A stretch of DNA of 32,000 bases, from positions 120,001-152,000 of the forward strand of contig NC_007205.1 in NCBI RefSeq assembly GCF_000012345.1, written 5' to 3'. Shown in pieces: positions 28,484 through 32,000 of the stretch. A program made the position numbers and the translations under genes. Under the pieces are notes generated by a model that was not told the origin of the DNA, did no database searches, and saw only the letters and a program-made list of their open reading frames with translations. The number at the start of each line of letters is the position of its first letter. Positions within the stretch are counted from its first letter, which is position 1. Origin of the DNA: Candidatus Pelagibacter ubique HTCC1062. GTDB taxonomy: Bacteria > Pseudomonadota > Alphaproteobacteria > Pelagibacterales > Pelagibacteraceae.

Positions 28484-29457
28484 TGAAAACTATTAAAATA
28501 GAAAGATTTGGTGGTCCTGAAGTCTTAGAAGTTAAAGATATTGAAATTGGTAAACCAGGTCCAAAAGAAGTTGTGATAAAAAATTTATCAATTGGACTTA
28601 ACTATATTGACGTTTATCACCGAACAGGTTTGTATCCTATTCCTCTTCCAAGTGGAATTGGCCTAGAGGCATGTGGAATAATTGAAGAAGTTGGTTCAGA
28701 AGTTGATCTGTTTAAAGTTGGAGATAGAGTGGCTCACTCTTCAATGCCAATTGGAAGTTATTCAGAAAAACAATTGTTTCCTCAAGAAAAATTAGTTTTA
28801 GTTCCAGAGGGTATCTCTGATGAAATAGCATCTTGTATTATGCTTAAAGGGATTACTGCTGAATATTTATTACACAGAGCTTATCCAATTAAAAAAGGTG
28901 ACAAAGTATTATACCACGCAGCAGCTGGTGGTGTTGGCCAAATATTATGCCAGTGGGCTAATGCATTAGGAGCTGAAGTTATTGGAACTGTTGGCTCTAA
29001 AGAAAAAGAAGCTATTGCTAAAAAAAATGGTTGTCATCATGTAATAAATTATACTGATACAAACTTTGTTGAAGAGGTGGAAAAAATTGCAGGTAAAAAT
29101 GGAGTTGATGTTGTCTATGATGGTGTTGGTATTAAAACATTCGATGGATCAATTGAAACCTTAAAGGTTAGAGGTATGATGGTCGCTTTTGGTAACGCAT
29201 CAGGTTACGTTGATACGATAGATGTTAAAAAACATATTAATGCAAAAGGATTATTTTTTACTCGTCCTTCTATTGCACATTATACAATGACAAGGGAAGA
29301 ATTAGTTGAGTCAGCTAAAAAAGTTTTTGATGCAATTTTGTCTGGAAAATTTAAAGTTGAAATTTCAAAAAAATACTCACTTGATGATGCTAAAAAAGCT
29401 CATGAAGAATTAGAAGCAAGACTATTAACCGGTCCTGCAGTTATTATTCCTAATTAA
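28483..29457 (+). CDS. qor: NADPH:quinone oxidoreductase (zeta-crystallin/Qor, MDR superfamily)
   Basis: 324 aa. GLNYIDVYHRTGLYP, EACGIIEEVGS and the cofactor loop HAAAGGVGQ, with no zinc ligand pattern. TAATG overlap with the pirin stop. Confidence 0.88.
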   Translation: MKTIKIERFGGPEVLEVKDIEIGKPGPKEVVIKNLSIGLNYIDVYHRTGLYPIPLPSGIGLEACGIIEEVGSEVDLFKVGDRVAHSSMPIGSYSEKQLFPQEKLVLVPEGISDEIASCIMLKGITAEYLLHRAYPIKKGDKVLYHAAAGGVGQILCQWANALGAEVIGTVGSKEKEAIAKKNGCHHVINYTDTNFVEEVEKIAGKNGVDVVYDGVGIKTFDGSIETLKVRGMMVAFGNASGYVDTIDVKKHINAKGLFFTRPSIAHYTMTREELVESAKKVFDAILSGKFKVEISKKYSLDDAKKAHEELEARLLTGPAVIIPN

Positions 29458-29858
29458 TCTAAATTAACATCCATATCAGACATATGCAATTTTAATGCAT
29501 TTGTTGATACTTGAATTTCTCTCATAAAAACAACAATTGAAATCATCATCGATAAACAACAAGATCCAAAGATTAATCTTGCAGCAAAAATTTCATTCAA
29601 ATAAAGGGCAAACACAGTCAACATATTAAATAAGAAACCAAATGCAGCAAACATAATAGTCCATTTTAAAAGAACAATTCTTCCACTTAAATTTATAAAC
29701 TGTTTTTTCCACTCAGGAGGAATATGATTTTCATACACATGTTCATCATGAAGCTGCCTAATAAGCTTGCTCAAAGAATGAAATCTGTTGCTATATACGC
29801 TCATCAATAAAGGAATGGCCGGAAACATCAATGCTGTAACTGTGTAATCTATATTCAT
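29454..29858 (-). CDS. Small 3-TM membrane protein, DUF2721-like
   Basis: 134 aa. An N-terminal TM is followed by NRFHSLSKLIRQLHDE and two more TM segments. The resemblance to DUF2721 is from memory only. Confidence 0.5.
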   Translation of the reverse strand: MNIDYTVTALMFPAIPLLMSVYSNRFHSLSKLIRQLHDEHVYENHIPPEWKKQFINLSGRIVLLKWTIMFAAFGFLFNMLTVFALYLNEIFAARLIFGSCCLSMMISIVVFMREIQVSTNALKLHMSDMDVNLD

Positions 29859-29910
29859 ACGAATCAGTTTGATTATGAAACTAGCCTTTGTTATTTACAA
29901 GTAAATTATT

Positions 29911-30774
29911 ATGAAACAATTAAATCTCTTTATTGAACTAACAAGATTGAAGAGACCTATTGGCTATATGTTATTATTTTGGCCTTGTGCATGGGGACTA
30001 ACTCTTGCTTATGATTTCTCAAAAAACTTAAATGATTATTTTTTTTACTTATTATTATTTTTTTTAGGATCAGTTCTAATGCGTTCTGCAGGATGCGTTG
30101 TAAATGATATCTCTGACAAAGAATTTGATAAAAAAGTTTCAAGAACAAAAAATAGACCTATTGCGTCTAATCAAGTTTCCATAAAATTAGGAATATTTTA
30201 TACTTTGATTTTATGTCTACTTGCGCTTTTGGTTTTAATTAACTTTAATAACTTAACAATCTTACTTGCACTTGGGTCTATGCCTCTAGCCTTCACTTAC
30301 CCTTTAATGAAAAGATTTACTTATTGGCCTCAATTATTTTTAGGAATAACATTTAATTATGGTCTAATTTTAGGATGGACTGCAATTCAGGGTGAAATAA
30401 ATGCTGTTGCTATTATTTTTTACTTTGGAGCCATATTTTGGACACTAGGATACGACACAATTTATGGGTTTCAAGATATTAAAGATGACGAAATTATAGG
30501 TGTAAAATCAACTTCAATAAAATTCAAAAATAAACCAAAAAATTTTGTATCCACATGTTATGTTTTTCTAATTTTTTCTATTTTAATTGTGGGCTATATG
30601 ATGAATTATAATTACTTTTTTTATGCAAGCTTGTTAATAACAATTGCCCACTTATTTTTTTACCAAATTAAATCTTTTAACCCAAAAAGCCCATCTATGT
30701 GCTTAAAAGTTTTTAAAAGTAATAATTTAGTTGGTCTTCTCATTTTTTGTAATATTTTAATCGGTAAATTTTAA
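29911..30774 (+). CDS. ubiA: 4-hydroxybenzoate polyprenyltransferase (ubiquinone biosynthesis)
   Basis: 287 aa polytopic protein. First Asp-rich motif NDISDKEFDKKVSRTKNRPIAS and second motif YGFQDIKDDEIIGVKST. Confidence 0.9.
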   Translation: MKQLNLFIELTRLKRPIGYMLLFWPCAWGLTLAYDFSKNLNDYFFYLLLFFLGSVLMRSAGCVVNDISDKEFDKKVSRTKNRPIASNQVSIKLGIFYTLILCLLALLVLINFNNLTILLALGSMPLAFTYPLMKRFTYWPQLFLGITFNYGLILGWTAIQGEINAVAIIFYFGAIFWTLGYDTIYGFQDIKDDEIIGVKSTSIKFKNKPKNFVSTCYVFLIFSILIVGYMMNYNYFFYASLLITIAHLFFYQIKSFNPKSPSMCLKVFKSNNLVGLLIFCNILIGKF

Positions 30775-32000
30775 TGAATAATTCAGAGATTTATAAAAGA
30801 CTTTATAAAGATTACTCAAAAAAATATATTAATAAAATATTAATATCAGTTTTTTTTGGAGTTCTTGTTGCAGCAAGCACTTCTGCTATAGCTTGGCTTT
30901 TGGATCCTGCTATTAAAAAAATATTTGTTGAAAAAGACCAATCTTTAATAATTGTAATTCCTCTATTAATAATTGTAGCGTTTACAATTAAAGGTTTTGC
31001 ACTCTATTTTGCAAAAGCAATTATGATTAAAGTTGCAGAAGAAATTAAAAAAATTCTCCAATCACAAATGGTAAAATCTCTAATTAAAGCAGATACTCAA
31101 TTAATTGATCAAAAACATTCTGGAAAATTCATCTCAAACCTAACATATGATGTAACTCATATTACAACATTGCTTAGTACTGCTGTTTTAAATTTATTTA
31201 AGGATAGCTTAACTCTATTTGGGTTGTTATTTGTGATGTTTTATCAGAACTGGAAATTATCATTGATTGCAATAATAATGATTCCTATTGCTGGTTTAGC
31301 TTCAAAAACTCTTGGTAAAAGAATGGGGAAAGTCGTTACAGAGGCTCAAGAAAAATCAGGTTTTTTAAACACACACTTAATTGAATTATTTAAAAACCAC
31401 AAATTAGTAAAAATATTTCAAAGAGAAGAATATGAAAGCAAAAGGACTGACGAACATTTGGACCAATTAAAAGATAAAAATATAAAAATAAATACAGTAT
31501 ATGTTAGAATGTCTCCAATCATGGAAACCTTAACAGGAATAATGATCGCAATTTTAATATTCTATTCAGGAAAATTGGCTCTTAAGAGTGAAATTGAAAT
31601 AGGTAATTTTTTTTCTTTTCTAGCAGCAATGATGCTCGCTTATCAGCCAGTTAGAGCTTTATCAACAATCAATATAACTTTAAAACAAGGGTTATCAGCA
31701 GCCAATAGAATTCTACCTATTATTGATCATAAAAATACAATTATAGATCTCGACGATTCTAAGGATTTAAATATCACCGATGCATCCATTAAATTTAATA
31801 AATTAAACTTTAAATACAATTCTAATGAAGAAAATGTCTTAAAGAATATTAATATTGATATAGCCGGTGGTAAAATGACATCTTTAGTTGGACACAGTGG
31901 TTCCGGAAAATCAACAATTTTAAACTTAATACCAAGATTTTATGATGCACAATCAGGAGATATCTTGATTGATAATCAATCTATATACAAAGTAAAAATT
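30774..32000 (+). CDS. ABC exporter, fused permease/ATPase, MsbA-like (5' part; continues beyond window)
   Basis: The ATG at 30774 overlaps the ubiA TAA (TAATG). The frame stays open for 409 codons to the window edge. It shows a 6-TM type I exporter domain, then the start of the NBD with Walker A GHSGSGKST (LIPRFYDAQSGDILIDNQSI). It is absent from the ORF track, apparently because no stop lies in the window. Confidence 0.85.
   Translation, partial: MNNSEIYKRLYKDYSKKYINKILISVFFGVLVAASTSAIAWLLDPAIKKIFVEKDQSLIIVIPLLIIVAFTIKGFALYFAKAIMIKVAEEIKKILQSQMVKSLIKADTQLIDQKHSGKFISNLTYDVTHITTLLSTAVLNLFKDSLTLFGLLFVMFYQNWKLSLIAIIMIPIAGLASKTLGKRMGKVVTEAQEKSGFLNTHLIELFKNHKLVKIFQREEYESKRTDEHLDQLKDKNIKINTVYVRMSPIMETLTGIMIAILIFYSGKLALKSEIEIGNFFSFLAAMMLAYQPVRALSTINITLKQGLSAANRILPIIDHKNTIIDLDDSKDLNITDASIKFNKLNFKYNSNEENVLKNINIDIAGGKMTSLVGHSGSGKSTILNLIPRFYDAQSGDILIDNQSIYKVKI

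Noticed and set aside
30546-30555. TGTATCCACA, a one-mismatch DnaA-box-like string
   Set aside because: It is a single occurrence inside the ubiA coding sequence, with no cluster of boxes or AT-rich unwinding element nearby.

Overview
Strongly AT-rich (roughly 30% G+C by eye, not computed) and very gene-dense window: about 40 protein genes, no rRNA/tRNA, no CRISPR and no mobile elements that I can see. Many neighbouring genes overlap by 1-14 nt. Gene content and order look like core chromosome of a streamlined marine alphaproteobacterium of the SAR11/Pelagibacterales type; this is inferred from content, not from a search. Order: rnhB 3' end; ccrM; FAD monooxygenase and mutY (minus strand). 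A 12.7-kb plus-strand gene train follows (DUF721, dsbA-like, a short smc, ATP synthase F0 operon atpI-B-E-F'-F, retinal cassette crtI-crtB-crtY-blh, ispH, thrB, rnhA). Next is a 7.4-kb minus-strand train (aa3 cytochrome oxidase cluster coxB-coxA-ctaB-small ORF-ctaG-coxC-surf1, then thrC and a Prx5-type peroxiredoxin), followed by rsmE and a type II HAD dehalogenase. The most accessory-looking part is 24.9-29.5 kb. There an HxlR-type regulator lies divergent from a double-CDGSH [2Fe-2S] protein, DoxX, a CDGSH::glutamate-synthase-FMN-domain fusion, pirin and an NADPH:quinone oxidoreductase. This is my best candidate for an uncharacterised redox system. The window ends with a DUF2721-like membrane protein, ubiA and the 5' part of an msbA-like ABC exporter. 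Other points worth a second look: three GANTC sites clustered upstream of ccrM, an 857-aa SMC with no recognisable hinge, an untracked 41-codon ORF coupled at both ends between ctaB and ctaG, candidate operator and hairpin elements in the few retained spacers, and divergent or convergent gene pairs with no room for intergenic promoters or terminators.
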